A stretch of 64,000 nt of DNA from NCBI GenBank assembly GCA_963702005.1, contig OY969696.1, positions 2,912,001 through 2,976,000 of the forward strand, read 5' to 3'. Below, in pieces: positions 20,071 through 30,702 of this stretch. The position numbers and the translations under genes are program-made. Within the stretch, counting starts at the first letter, position 1. Each line of letters starts with the position of its first letter. This stretch comes from Candidatus Aminicenantes bacterium. Its GTDB lineage: Bacteria; Acidobacteriota; Aminicenantia; Aminicenantales; JAFGBC01. The notes beneath the pieces were generated by a model, which did no database searches, was not told the DNA's origin, and saw only the letters and a program-made list of their open reading frames with translations.

Positions 20071-20980
20071 CCAGCAGACTCCTGAGGTTGTCCTTCATAA
20101 TATCAAGAAAGCCGCGACCCTGCCGCAGGTCCGCGGGGGAAGGATTATGGCCGGGGTTGAGCAGAAGCATCCGCGCCCCGATTTCGCGGCAAAGGGCTCC
20201 CGCCAACTTGGCCGGTTCTCCGACCTCGCGAAAGACGACGCCGATGTTTTTCGTCCTGGCCAAGCGAACGATCTCTGCCATCCGGGCCGGCGTCGGCTCG
20301 GCGTCGGGACTGAAGCCGTAGAGAGAAACCTGTTCGAACCCATAGCGAGCGAGCAGGCGGCCGAAGGCGGCGTGACCCGCCAGGATGACCGTGCGCTGCC
20401 GGCAGGAAGCAAGGCTGCGCCGGTAGAGACGGTCCAGGTCCTCGAGTCCCGCCTTCGCGGCGCGGGCGTTTTCCTGAAACAGCGAAGCCGAGGCGGGATC
20501 CATGTCGGTGAGAACGTCCCGGATCCTGTCGATGAGTTCGAGGTCCAATCCGAAGTCGAGCCAGATATGGGGGTCCTCGATGGCGGGCCCGGAATCCGCG
20601 TTCTCGGTCTTCGGCGTCAAACCGCGGCCGATTTCGAGGACGCGGAATCGAGGCCGGCCCAAGCCTCCCAGGACGTCGTCGACCCAGGGCTCAAGATGGA
20701 GGCCGACATAGATGAACAGATCGCAAGAGGAGAGCTTGAGGACATCTCCGGCCCTGGGCTGCCAGGTGTGGACCTCGGCTCCGGCAGGAATCAGAAGACT
20801 CGCCTCTCCCCTGTCCCCGGCGACGGCCCGGGCGAATTCCAGGAGGGGAAAGACCGTGGTCATGATCCGGATTCTATTTCCGACAGGAGGGGCCGTAAAG
20901 CCAAATCCAGCCAGGGCAGTTAGCAGAACAATCCCGATAAGAACTCCTGAACGCGCTCGACGATTCAGCCCTCTTTTCAT
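20051..20980 (-). CDS. znuA: Zn/Mn ABC transporter substrate-binding protein
   Basis: [20 protein letters not shown] metal-ligand motifs. Confidence 0.92.
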   Translation of the reverse strand: MKRGLNRRARSGVLIGIVLLTALAGFGFTAPPVGNRIRIMTTVFPLLEFARAVAGDRGEASLLIPAGAEVHTWQPRAGDVLKLSSCDLFIYVGLHLEPWVDDVLGGLGRPRFRVLEIGRGLTPKTENADSGPAIEDPHIWLDFGLDLELIDRIRDVLTDMDPASASLFQENARAAKAGLEDLDRLYRRSLASCRQRTVILAGHAAFGRLLARYGFEQVSLYGFSPDAEPTPARMAEIVRLARTKNIGVVFREVGEPAKLAGALCREIGARMLLLNPGHNPSPADLRQGRGFLDIMKDNLRSLLDGCQDR

Positions 20981-21015
20981 CACAATCCTTTGTTCTTGGG
21001 TCATTACCCTTCACT

Positions 21016-21043
21016 ATTCTACTCAAAAACAAGTGTCTGGCAA
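21016..21043 (-). promoter_or_regulatory. Sigma70-type promoter of znuACB
   Basis: TTGCCA-16 nt-TAGAAT on the minus strand. Confidence 0.5.
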
Positions 21044-21157
21044 TTCACAATAATCGCTCCGTTTCAATTATTGCGGACGCTAGCCATCGTTCTTGAATCA
21101 AATATTTCTTTATGTCATGATGTCCTCTCTGGGACGAATTCACAAAGGAGGCTCCGC

Positions 21158-22609
21158 ATGCCGATAAATTTCAGCCAGCTCAAGCCGTCGCTTCTCTGGA
21201 AGCATTTCGGAAAAATCCTGACCATCCCCCACTGCTCCGGACACGAGCAGGCCCTGGGCGACTACATCCTGTCCGTGGCCAAGGCCGACGGACTCGAAGG
21301 GCAGAAGGACAAGGTCAAGAACGTCCTGGTCGCTAAGAAGGCGAGCCCCGGCCGTGAAAAGACCGCGGGCATAGTCCTCCAGGCCCATATGGACATGGTC
21401 TGCGAAAAGAACTCCGACACCGCCCACGACTTCGCCAAGGACGCCATCCAGACCGAGATCAAAGGGGATTGGCTCCAGGCCAAAGGCACGACCCTGGGCT
21501 CCGACAATGGGATCGGGGTCGCCGCCTGCCTGGCCGTCATGGAGGACAAGGACCTCGTCCACGGCCCCCTCGAGTTCCTGTTCACGGTCGACGAGGAGAC
21601 CGGCCTGACCGGCGCCAACAGGCTCGAGCCCGGCGCCCTCAAGGGAAAAATGCTGCTCAACCTGGACAGCGAGGAGATCGAGACGTTCACAATCGGCTGC
21701 GCGGGCGGCGCGGATTCCGAGGTTTTCCTGCCTTTCGTTCGGGAGAAACCGGCCGGAGCAGCCTACCGGATCAAAATCCACGGCTACCGGGGCGGGCATT
21801 CCGGCCTGGACATCCACCAGGGACGCGGGAACGCCATCAAGCTTTTAGCCCGAATCCTCGACCGAGCCCGCCGCCAATCGGACTATGGACTGGCCGAGAT
21901 CGAGGGCGGGAACAAGCACAATGCCATCCCCCGCGAAGCCTGGGCCGACCTCGTCGTCGCCCCGGACAAGGTCGCTTCGTTGAAGGCCGTCGTCGAGAAG
22001 GCGTTCGCGGAGATCCGCGTCGAATACCAGGCCGTCGAAACGGACGCCGCCGTCTCCTTTGGGCCCTCGGAGGACAAGCCGGCCGAGGTCCTGTCGGCGG
22101 CTTCGCGGAACGCGCTCATCAACCTTCTCCTGACCCTCCCCCACGGCGTCATCGCCATGCACCCCGAGATCCACGGTCTGACCGAGACCTCGACCAACCT
22201 GGCCATCGTCCGGACCGGCCGGAAGGAAGCCAAGATCCACTGCTCGAGCCGGAGCTCGATCGCCTCGGCCCTCGAGGCCGTCCGCGACACGATCCGTGCC
22301 GTCAGCGAGCTGGCCGGCGCCAAGATCACGCTCCTCGAAGGCTACCCGGGCTGGATGCCCAACCTGCAGTCGCCCCTGCTCAAGAAGCTCAAGGAAGTCC
22401 ATGAGAAAGTCGTCGGCAAGGAGGCCGAGATCAAGGCCGTCCACGCCGGGCTCGAGTGCGGCATCATCGGCGAAAAGCACCCCGGCATGGACATGATCTC
22501 GTTCGGACCGACCATCGAGCATCCCCACTCTCCCGAGGAGCGCTGCAACGTCAAGACCGTCGAGGAATTCTGGACGTTCTTAACGGCGGCCCTGCGCGAT
22601 CTAGCCTAA
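21158..22609 (+). CDS. pepD: Aminoacyl-histidine dipeptidase (M20)
   Basis: LQAHMDMV, TTLGSDNGIG, DEETG, NLDSE, HAGLECG, HSPEE; AGGAGG RBS. Confidence 0.95.
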   Translation: MPINFSQLKPSLLWKHFGKILTIPHCSGHEQALGDYILSVAKADGLEGQKDKVKNVLVAKKASPGREKTAGIVLQAHMDMVCEKNSDTAHDFAKDAIQTEIKGDWLQAKGTTLGSDNGIGVAACLAVMEDKDLVHGPLEFLFTVDEETGLTGANRLEPGALKGKMLLNLDSEEIETFTIGCAGGADSEVFLPFVREKPAGAAYRIKIHGYRGGHSGLDIHQGRGNAIKLLARILDRARRQSDYGLAEIEGGNKHNAIPREAWADLVVAPDKVASLKAVVEKAFAEIRVEYQAVETDAAVSFGPSEDKPAEVLSAASRNALINLLLTLPHGVIAMHPEIHGLTETSTNLAIVRTGRKEAKIHCSSRSSIASALEAVRDTIRAVSELAGAKITLLEGYPGWMPNLQSPLLKKLKEVHEKVVGKEAEIKAVHAGLECGIIGEKHPGMDMISFGPTIEHPHSPEERCNVKTVEEFWTFLTAALRDLA

Positions 22610-22614
22610 GCCGA

Positions 22615-24828
22615 TCATTCGATCGGGCTCTCGTGGCCCTGGCTGTCGACGGCCGTTACCGTATAGGCGTAGAGGCCGGTGCCTCCGACATCGTAATCTC
22701 GGTAGGTGCGGACGGAGGCGCCGACCTCGTCGATCAACCGGTAGGCCGTCGCCGCATCTTGGGACTTTTTCCGATAAATTTTATACCCGACGATGGTCGC
22801 GATCGAGTCGTTTTCTGGATTCCCGTCCCATCGAACGTCCGTGATATAGCGGGTATAAAAGAGCGCCCGGTCGGCGTACGTTTCCCAGCGGACGTTCAAA
22901 GGAGGCTGGAGGTTCAAAGCAATAAGGGCGGCTTCTTTTGCGGCCTGGCCGTCCCGGTCGTCCTTGACCGTCAGGCGAAAGGTGTAGGTCCCTTTTATCG
23001 CATAGGTATGACGGACGACCCGCCCCGAATCCGCGGCGCCGTCGCCGAAGTCCCAGAGATAGGACACGATCCGGCCGTCCGGATCGTGCGAGGCCGAAGC
23101 GTCGAACCCGACGTCCAGCGGGCAGATTCCGGTCGAGGGCGAGAACTTAAATTCCGCGACGGGCGTAACGTTCGGTTTCAGGATCGTGATCGTCCCGGAG
23201 GCTTGTCCCCGGCCGCCGCGGTCATCGGTAACGATCAGCCCGATCTTGAACGTGCCGGCCTTGCGGTAGGCGTGCTTGACGACTTTGCCCGATCCCGTTC
23301 CTTCGTCCCCGAACGTCCAGTCATAGGCCGCGATCCGGCCGTCGGCATCTCGAGAGGCCGAGGCATCGAAGGTCACGTCGAGGGGCGTAACTCCCGTCTT
23401 GGGAACGAACGTGAAGCGGCCGTCCGGCGGAACGTTCGGCTTGGTGACCTCGACCGAGCGGGTCGCCGTCCCCTTGGCGCCCCGGTCATCGCGGACCGTG
23501 AGCCTCACCGTGAACGTGCCTATCCTGGTGAAGGCATGCCGGATGGTCTTGCCCTTTCCGGTCGTGCCGTCGCCGAACGCCCAGTCGTAGGCGACGATTT
23601 TGCCGTCGGGATCATAGGATGCTGAGGCGTCAAAGGCCACGGTCAAAGGAAAATCCCCCGAGGTCGGAGACAGCGTAAAATCGGCGACCGGGGGGAGGTT
23701 TTGCTGGGATTCGACGGCCCGGGCAAAGTAGATGTCGTTAGACGCGTCCCAGACGACATAGACGATATCGCCCGTGGGGCTGGCGCTGATGTCCGAGAAC
23801 GTCGAGCCGCGGGAACCGGGCAGCGACTCCTCCCCTTTCCAGGCGCCTCCGGTCCGGATGTTGAAATTGATCGAGAAACCGGCCCGGTAGCTTCCGGTCT
23901 GCCAGCAAGCGAACAGGGTTTGTCCGCGGATCGCCAGGGACGGATAATGGAGGACGGTTTCCGAGGAAATCCGCTCCGGAGCCGTGAATCCGCCTCCCGT
24001 TCCCCGAGTGTAGGCGATGTAGCGAACCCCTCCCGCCGTCAACTCGGGCGACCAGACGACATTGGGGATATCGTTCGCATCGGCGACGACGATGGGGTGC
24101 TGCTCTTCATATCCGGTCGAGGGAAGCGCGCCGGGAGAGCTCCATGAAGAGCCGGCCGCGGCAGCCCGCCAGGCGTAAACGGCCCGATATCCTCCGCTCG
24201 TCCCCTCCATCCAGGTCAGGTAGACGAATTGATTTCCGAGGGCGATGTCCGTAAATTTCGACCTCAGGCCGGGAGCGCTGACAGCCCGGACATCTTCCCA
24301 GGCGCCTCCGACTTTGGACCGGGAGAAGACGGTCCCGTCCTCCGTCCACCAGGCGATATAGAGGTCGCCCTGGGGGCCGGCGGCGATCTTAGGCGTGTTC
24401 ATGCTCGCCCGGGCCGTAGCCACCGCGATCGGGTTTTGCCAAGCGTCGTCGACGAACTGGGCCAGCTTGATGACGTTGCTTTCGATCCAGACGGCGTAGA
24501 CTCGGCCCAGCCCGTCGACGTCAATGTCGCAGGTCCGCTCCCCGGAGGCGTAGACTTTCGAGCTCTGGCTTAAGTTGCGCGGTGTCGTCCAAGTTCGTCC
24601 CGCGTCCTCGGAGCGCGCGTAGAGGCAATCGCCCGTATAGTCCGAATACATTTCAACCCAGGCGACGTGGACGACTCCACGGGAATCGACGGCGATCCGG
24701 GAGCAGGTCGAAAACGTTCCCGGGGAGTTCGAGATGTTCGTAGCGGCCCCGGCTCGGGCGGCCAGCCCCAACGATAAGCCGAAGACCAATAAATAAAAAA
24801 CTAAAGAAGGATTGTTTTTAAGTTTCAT
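22615..24828 (-). CDS. Secreted beta-propeller protein with three PKD domains and an FN3-like C-terminal domain
   Basis: Signal peptide; repeated HVAW/YAVW/YIAW blades; three FDASAS.DPDG.I..Y.W.FGDG units. Confidence 0.85.
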   Translation of the reverse strand: MKLKNNPSLVFYLLVFGLSLGLAARAGAATNISNSPGTFSTCSRIAVDSRGVVHVAWVEMYSDYTGDCLYARSEDAGRTWTTPRNLSQSSKVYASGERTCDIDVDGLGRVYAVWIESNVIKLAQFVDDAWQNPIAVATARASMNTPKIAAGPQGDLYIAWWTEDGTVFSRSKVGGAWEDVRAVSAPGLRSKFTDIALGNQFVYLTWMEGTSGGYRAVYAWRAAAAGSSWSSPGALPSTGYEEQHPIVVADANDIPNVVWSPELTAGGVRYIAYTRGTGGGFTAPERISSETVLHYPSLAIRGQTLFACWQTGSYRAGFSINFNIRTGGAWKGEESLPGSRGSTFSDISASPTGDIVYVVWDASNDIYFARAVESQQNLPPVADFTLSPTSGDFPLTVAFDASASYDPDGKIVAYDWAFGDGTTGKGKTIRHAFTRIGTFTVRLTVRDDRGAKGTATRSVEVTKPNVPPDGRFTFVPKTGVTPLDVTFDASASRDADGRIAAYDWTFGDEGTGSGKVVKHAYRKAGTFKIGLIVTDDRGGRGQASGTITILKPNVTPVAEFKFSPSTGICPLDVGFDASASHDPDGRIVSYLWDFGDGAADSGRVVRHTYAIKGTYTFRLTVKDDRDGQAAKEAALIALNLQPPLNVRWETYADRALFYTRYITDVRWDGNPENDSIATIVGYKIYRKKSQDAATAYRLIDEVGASVRTYRDYDVGGTGLYAYTVTAVDSQGHESPIE
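22930..23700 (-). repeat. Three tandem PKD-domain coding repeats (about 260 bp each)
   Basis: Repeated NxPPVA.F...P..G..PL.V.FDAS...V.DD.G units. Confidence 0.85.
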
Positions 24829-24834
24829 GGCTAT

Positions 24835-24862
24835 ATTATACTATCCCGGTAGGATTTGTCAA
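24835..24862 (-). promoter_or_regulatory. Consensus promoter; leaderless for the PKD gene; -35 coincides with the end of element copy A
   Basis: TTGACA-16 nt-TATAAT-6 nt-ATG. Confidence 0.8.
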
Positions 24863-24936
24863 AACCTCGACACTCATACTAAGCCGTTTCCGTCTTAGTA
24901 TGAGTGCTACAAGGCTGCCGTCGGCGAACGGGTCAA
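24858..24936. mobile_element. TTGAC-bracketed hairpin element, copy A (79 bp)
   Basis: GTCAA...CCTCGAC-ACTCATACTAAGCCG-TTTC-CGTCTTAGTATGAGT...GTCGGCGAACGG-GTCAA. Confidence 0.85.
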
Positions 24937-25022
24937 AAAGAGCGTACAGCCGCGGACCGGTCCGCTTGATATTTCTTTCCAATTCCCATAGCATGGATTC
25001 AAACTCCGAGGAGAGGAAGACC

Positions 25023-28000
25023 ATGGGAAAAAGAACGCTTGGCCTCTTCATGATTATTTGCGTCGTATCGTTCGCGATCCAGGCCGGTTGCAAGAAAAAG
25101 CAAAAAGAGGAGGTTCGGCCGCTCGGCCCTCCCGTTGGCGACCTCCGGGTCCTATTCCAAAGCCCGCAAGGTCCGACCTCGGCCCCTCATGAAGCCGAGC
25201 GGATCGTCGTCATCTTCGACCGCGCCATGGTCCCGCTCGAGGCACTCTCGGACCTGGAGCCCTTCTCCCCGCTTCGGCTCAAGCCCGACATCCCCGGCAC
25301 GGTCCGCTGGCTGGGGACGAAAACCCTGACCTTCACCCCGGACAAGCGATTCCCCTTCGCCACGGAGATCAAAGTCACCGTTCCGCTCGGCACCCGGTCG
25401 CTGGACAACTACGCCCTGGCCGCCGACGCTTCCTGGACCTTCCAGACGATCCGGCCCCGTCTCGCGTCCCACTATCCGGAGGGCGACGGGACGGCCGTCA
25501 AACTCGACGCCAAGGTCCTCCTCGTCTTCAACCAGGCAGTGGACGCGTCCAAGGCCCGAGACTTCATCGACCTCTCCGGGCTGACGCCGGACGAAAAGAC
25601 GAAATCGCTCGGCTTCTCTCTCGACACGGCCTCGGCCGAGCTTCTTAAAACCGAGAACATCCAGGACGCCCCCTCCGATGTTCTCGTCCTTGAGCCCGAT
25701 GCGGCCCTCCAGCCCGACCTGACCTATACGGTAGACCTCAAGGAAGGCCTCCCTTCCCAAGAAGGACCTCTCGGATTGGCCGAGCCGGAAGCGTTCCGGT
25801 TCGAGACCTATAAGACCTTCGCCTGGCTCGGCCTGGGCAATGACGGCGACATTCCCCCCAACGAACCCCTAAGGCTCCAGTTCACGAATCCGGTCGGCTA
25901 CAAAGAACTCGTCGGTAAAGTCCGTTTCGAGCCCGAACTCAAGATCCCCGACTATTACCAGGAGTGGGACCAGGCAAACGCCACGCTCTGGATGACCCTT
26001 CCGCTCGAGCCGGAGACGGCCTATAAAGCCATGCTCGCGGCCGACATCAAGGACGAGTTCGGAAACGCGCTCGGCCGGGAAGTTGCGTTCGCCTTCAAGT
26101 CGGCTCCGTACACGCCCTATGTCAGCATGACGACCGGCCAGGGCATCCTGGAAGCCTACGGCGAGCTCAATTATCCCATTTACGCCGTCAATACGCCCTC
26201 CGTCCTCTTCCAGGCCGGCCGGATCGGCATGGAGGGCGTCATTCCGCTTTTGACGTCGGAAAAAGTCTTCTGGCAGGGTGAGAACTATGCCCCGAGCCCG
26301 GGACTTTTCCAGGTCTCAAGAGACCTCCAGCTCGGCCTTCCCAAGAACCAGCGCCGCCTCATCCCGCTTCCCGTCTCAGAGCTTCTTCCTGAAAAGTACG
26401 GCTTCGTCTTCATCCAGCTCGACACGGGATCCGAGGACAAGTGGAATCGCTACCCCAAGGCCTTCCTCCAGGTGACCGGACTCGGACTCACGGCCAAATT
26501 CTCCCCCGACAACGATACGATCTGGGTGACCGACCTCAAGTCGGGCGAGCCCGTCCCCGAGGCCGAAGTCGAAATCCGCGACGACGGGAACGTCGTTCGC
26601 TGCCGGGGTCGGACCGGCCCGGACGGGAAGGTCACGACGCCGGGTTGGAAGGCCCTCGGGATTAAAGTCGAGGACCGCTGGACCAAGCCTCAACAGTGGG
26701 TCTTCGCGACCAGGGGCAAGGACTCCGCCTTCCTATCCTCCGAATGGGGAGCGGGAATCGATCCCTACCGCTTCGCCATCGACTACGACTGGAATCCGCA
26801 GCCGCCCGAAGTCCAGGGCTCGATCTTCAGCGAGCGGGGGATCTACCGGGCCGGCGAGCCCGTCCATATCAAAGGGATCATCCGGACGCGGGAGAAAGGC
26901 GAATGGCGCCTCCCTAAGGTCCGGACCGTCGCCTGCGAGGTCCAGGATCCGTTCCAGAAGACGGTCAAGAAAGCCGACTGCCCGCTCGACGACTTCGGCT
27001 CGTTCAGCTTCGACCTTGAAACGGCCGAAGACGCGGCCTTAGGCTATTACCAGGTCGCCGTTATAGTCCCGAGAGAGCGGCCGTCCGGTCAGGAAACGAC
27101 CATCTCGAGTTCGTTCCGGGTCGAAGCGTTCCGGCCCGCGGAGTTCGAGGTCCACCTCCGCTCCGCACGCGACTCCTTCGTTTTCGGCGAAGACTACGAC
27201 GCCGAAGTCCGGGCGAGCTACTTGTTCGGCGGAGCCATGGCCGGACAGAAGGCTTCCTGGCGGCTCAGGCTCGATCGGACGTCATTCGCCCCGCCCGGCT
27301 TTTCGGGATACGTGTTCGGGAACGAAATCGAATGGGAAGGGGACGGCGAAGAAAGCCCCGGTTCGAGCCGGCTCCTCGGCTCGGGCGAAGCCGTCCTCGA
27401 CGCCCAAGGGACGGCCCGGGTCGAGATCCCGCTCGTCCCCGAGAAGGAGAAGGATTCGGTCCTGGCGACCCTCGAGGCCACGGTTCAGAGCCCGAGCCGC
27501 CGCTCGATATCGAACCGGATCCAGACCGTCGTTCACCGGGGCGAATACTATATCGGCCTGAAACCGGCCACGACCTTCTTAAAAAAGGGAGATCCCCTCG
27601 GCGTCGACCTCATCGCCGCGGCGCCGGCCGGAGATCTCCTCCCCGATAAAAAGATCTCCCTCAAACTCATCAAACGGGAGTGGCGTTCGGTCCGCAAGGC
27701 CGGGGTCGGAGGCCGCTTCTCCTGGATATCGGAAAAAGAGGACACGACCGTCGAGGAGAGGGCTCTCGTCACCGAGAAAGAGCCTCTGCGGACGGAGTTC
27801 AAGCCGGAGAAATCGGGGCTTTATTACCTCGAAGCGGCGGGGACGGACGGTCTCAAGAACGCAATCACGACCTCGACGTCCTTCTACGTCACGGGCGCGG
27901 ACTATGTGCCCTGGGAGAGGACCGACGACGACGCCATCGACATCGTGCCCGACCGGACGTCTTACGACCCGGGCGCCACGGCCCGCATCCTCGTCAAATC

Positions 28001-30695
28001 GCCCTACGAACGGGCCAAGGCCTTGGTGACCGTGGAGCGGGAGCTCATCCTCGAAAGCAAGGTCCTCGAGATCAAGGGCAGCACGGCCGAGATTGAAATT
28101 CCGATCAAGCCCTCCTACATTCCCAACGTCTACGTCTCGGTCCTCCTCGTCCAGGGACGGACCTCCGATTCGGCCGCGTCGGAAAACCAGGACCTCGGCA
28201 AGCCCTCCTTCAAGATCGGCTATGCGACGCTCGAGATCAACCCGGCCGAGAAACGGCTCAAGGTCGAGCTCGTTCCCGATAAGACGGCCTACAAGCCCCG
28301 AGACAAAGTCGAGGTCCGCCTCAAGGTCCGGACGAATGACGGGCTTCCCGCCCCGGCCTCGCTGACCCTCATCGCCGCCGACGCCGGCGTCCTCAACCTC
28401 ATCGGCTATCGGGTCCCCGACCCCTTCGACGAGTTCTACGGCGACAAGCCCCTCTCGGTTCAAACCTCCGAGATCCGCCTCCACGTCGTCGGCCAGCGCG
28501 CCTACGGCGAGAAGGGCGAGGAGCCCGGCGGCGGCGGGGAACAGGCCGAAAAGGCCGCGCTGCCGCTGAATGAAGTCGAACTCCGGGGCGACTTCCGGTC
28601 CACGGCCTACTGGAACCCATCGATCACGACCGATGCTAATGGCGAAGCCCGGGCCGAGTTTACCCTCCCCGACAACCTAACGACCTTCCGACTCATGGCC
28701 ATCGCCCAGACACGCGACTCGACGTTCGGCCGTGCCGAGACGGACGTCAAGGTCGCCAAGCCCCTCCTTCTCCAGGCCGCCCTGCCGCGGTTCGTCCGCG
28801 TCGGAGACTCGTTCCAGGGAGGCGTCGTCGTCCACAACATGACGGGTCAAGCCGGCGAAGCGACCGTCGAGGTCCAGGCCGAGGGAATCGTCCTCGTCGA
28901 CAAAAAAGCCGTCCAGAAAACCTCCATCCCGAGCGGCGGATCGCAGGAAATCCTCTACCGCTTCGAAGCCCGAACGGCCGGCAAGGCCGTGTTCGGTTTC
29001 CGGGCTCAAATGGGCGCTGCGAGCGATGGGCTCGAGGCCGTCCTCCCCCTCAAGCCGCCGCGCGCCCCGGAGACCGTGGCCCTGTTCGACGAAGCGGCCC
29101 AAACCGCCGAGCAGAAAATCGCGATCCCCGACTTCGCGGCCGGACCGGAAAGCCGTCTCGACGTCCAGGCCTCGGGAACGGTCCTGTCCGGTCTCGCCGG
29201 GTGCGTGGACTATCTGACGAATTACCCCTATCTTTGCCTCGAACAGCGCTTGTCCTCGATCCTCCCCTACCTCGTCGCGGGCCCGCTCATCAAGGACTAC
29301 GGGCTCTCCAAGCTCGACGCCGACGGCATCCGCGACCACGTCCGCGGCCATCTCAAGGAGTTCGTCCGCTACCAGAAGGACGACGGCGGGTTCGGGCTCT
29401 GGCCGGAATCCCGGCGGTCCTCTCCGTTCGTCTCCTGCTACGCGGCCTTCGGACTCCTGGAAGCCCGCGAGTCCGGATACGAGATCGACGGCCAAGGGCT
29501 CGACCGCGTCCGCGATTATCTCAAGAGGCTCCTCCGCCAGAAGTTCGACCCCGAGCATTATTATTTCGATGCCATGGTCTGGAACACGATCCAGGCCTTC
29601 GCCCTTTACGACCTCGCCCTTCTCGGACAGCCCGAGCCGGCCTACGCCGAAAAGCTCTTCAACGACCAAGCCCGCCTCTCGACCTTCGGGAAGACGCTCC
29701 TCCTCAAAGCCCTCTATCGCGGACGGGGCGCCTGGTCCTCCCAGGAGGCGCTGGTCCGGGACCTCATGAATAGGGTCAAGCTGACTCCCTCCCAAGCCCA
29801 TTTCGAGGACGAGGAGGGCCGCGGCGGCGCCTGGATCTATACATCAACGACGCGGACGACGGCCCTCATCCTCCAGAGCCTTCTCGAGACCGGCCGGACC
29901 CATCCGCTAGCCGCTCCCGTCGCCCGCTGGCTGGTCGAGAAGGCCAAGATGAGCTCGCGGATCTCGACTCAGGACAACTTCTATCTTTTCTACGCCCTCA
30001 ACGATTACGCTCGGCGGTTTGAATCGACGGCGTCGGCCGTCCTCTTCAAGATCCGCCTCGCCGGAAAAACAATCCTCGAAGGCTCGTTCGAAGGACGGCG
30101 GACGTCCGCGGCCGCCGCGTCCTATCCGCTCTCCGAATTTCCCAAGGGAAAAACCCTCGGCCTCGAGGTTCACAATGAAGGCGGCGGCCCCGTCCACTAC
30201 GGCGTCCGGATGACCTACACCCCGGCGACCCCGTCCTCGCCCCGCGAAGAAGGGATGGCCGTCGCCAAGTCCATCCGGAGGCTCGACGGCAAGCCGCTGA
30301 CGGATATCCCGGGCGGGACGCTCGTCCTGGTCACGGTGGAGGTCGCGCTTCCCCAGGAAGCTCACTACATAGTCATCGACGATCCGCTCCCGGGCGGGCT
30401 CGAAGCCGTCAACCGGACCTTCCTGACCGAAAGCGAGGAGGACCAGCGGCGGCTCGAGGAAGGCGGCGAGGAAGACGTAGCGAGCCCTTGGTTCGCCTTC
30501 AACCACATCGAGCTGCGCGACGACCGCGTCCTTCTCTTCGCCGACTGGCTGCCGGCCGGCGTCCACCGCCATCGTTACTTGGCCCGGGCCCTGAGCTTCG
30601 GGACATTCCGGATGCCCGGGACCAAGGCCGTGGAGATGTACGCGCCCGAGGTGTTCGGCCGGAGCGGAGAGTCGGAGGTCCGCATCGTGAAATAA
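25023..30695 (+). CDS. Bacterial alpha-2-macroglobulin lipoprotein
   Basis: Lipobox IQAG-C; ERGIYRAGE MG2 motif; thioester YPYLCLEQ; DPLPGGLE; EMYAPE. Confidence 0.95.
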   Translation: MGKRTLGLFMIICVVSFAIQAGCKKKQKEEVRPLGPPVGDLRVLFQSPQGPTSAPHEAERIVVIFDRAMVPLEALSDLEPFSPLRLKPDIPGTVRWLGTKTLTFTPDKRFPFATEIKVTVPLGTRSLDNYALAADASWTFQTIRPRLASHYPEGDGTAVKLDAKVLLVFNQAVDASKARDFIDLSGLTPDEKTKSLGFSLDTASAELLKTENIQDAPSDVLVLEPDAALQPDLTYTVDLKEGLPSQEGPLGLAEPEAFRFETYKTFAWLGLGNDGDIPPNEPLRLQFTNPVGYKELVGKVRFEPELKIPDYYQEWDQANATLWMTLPLEPETAYKAMLAADIKDEFGNALGREVAFAFKSAPYTPYVSMTTGQGILEAYGELNYPIYAVNTPSVLFQAGRIGMEGVIPLLTSEKVFWQGENYAPSPGLFQVSRDLQLGLPKNQRRLIPLPVSELLPEKYGFVFIQLDTGSEDKWNRYPKAFLQVTGLGLTAKFSPDNDTIWVTDLKSGEPVPEAEVEIRDDGNVVRCRGRTGPDGKVTTPGWKALGIKVEDRWTKPQQWVFATRGKDSAFLSSEWGAGIDPYRFAIDYDWNPQPPEVQGSIFSERGIYRAGEPVHIKGIIRTREKGEWRLPKVRTVACEVQDPFQKTVKKADCPLDDFGSFSFDLETAEDAALGYYQVAVIVPRERPSGQETTISSSFRVEAFRPAEFEVHLRSARDSFVFGEDYDAEVRASYLFGGAMAGQKASWRLRLDRTSFAPPGFSGYVFGNEIEWEGDGEESPGSSRLLGSGEAVLDAQGTARVEIPLVPEKEKDSVLATLEATVQSPSRRSISNRIQTVVHRGEYYIGLKPATTFLKKGDPLGVDLIAAAPAGDLLPDKKISLKLIKREWRSVRKAGVGGRFSWISEKEDTTVEERALVTEKEPLRTEFKPEKSGLYYLEAAGTDGLKNAITTSTSFYVTGADYVPWERTDDDAIDIVPDRTSYDPGATARILVKSPYERAKALVTVERELILESKVLEIKGSTAEIEIPIKPSYIPNVYVSVLLVQGRTSDSAASENQDLGKPSFKIGYATLEINPAEKRLKVELVPDKTAYKPRDKVEVRLKVRTNDGLPAPASLTLIAADAGVLNLIGYRVPDPFDEFYGDKPLSVQTSEIRLHVVGQRAYGEKGEEPGGGGEQAEKAALPLNEVELRGDFRSTAYWNPSITTDANGEARAEFTLPDNLTTFRLMAIAQTRDSTFGRAETDVKVAKPLLLQAALPRFVRVGDSFQGGVVVHNMTGQAGEATVEVQAEGIVLVDKKAVQKTSIPSGGSQEILYRFEARTAGKAVFGFRAQMGAASDGLEAVLPLKPPRAPETVALFDEAAQTAEQKIAIPDFAAGPESRLDVQASGTVLSGLAGCVDYLTNYPYLCLEQRLSSILPYLVAGPLIKDYGLSKLDADGIRDHVRGHLKEFVRYQKDDGGFGLWPESRRSSPFVSCYAAFGLLEARESGYEIDGQGLDRVRDYLKRLLRQKFDPEHYYFDAMVWNTIQAFALYDLALLGQPEPAYAEKLFNDQARLSTFGKTLLLKALYRGRGAWSSQEALVRDLMNRVKLTPSQAHFEDEEGRGGAWIYTSTTRTTALILQSLLETGRTHPLAAPVARWLVEKAKMSSRISTQDNFYLFYALNDYARRFESTASAVLFKIRLAGKTILEGSFEGRRTSAAAASYPLSEFPKGKTLGLEVHNEGGGPVHYGVRMTYTPATPSSPREEGMAVAKSIRRLDGKPLTDIPGGTLVLVTVEVALPQEAHYIVIDDPLPGGLEAVNRTFLTESEEDQRRLEEGGEEDVASPWFAFNHIELRDDRVLLFADWLPAGVHRHRYLARALSFGTFRMPGTKAVEMYAPEVFGRSGESEVRIVK

Positions 30696-30702
30696 TCGGG
30701 TC

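Noticed and set aside
24836-25093. Short ORFs sharing the peptide LSRKRLSMSVEGLT (also near 41092, 52201 and 61851)
   Set aside because: These are translations of the non-coding repeat element, not a protein family.
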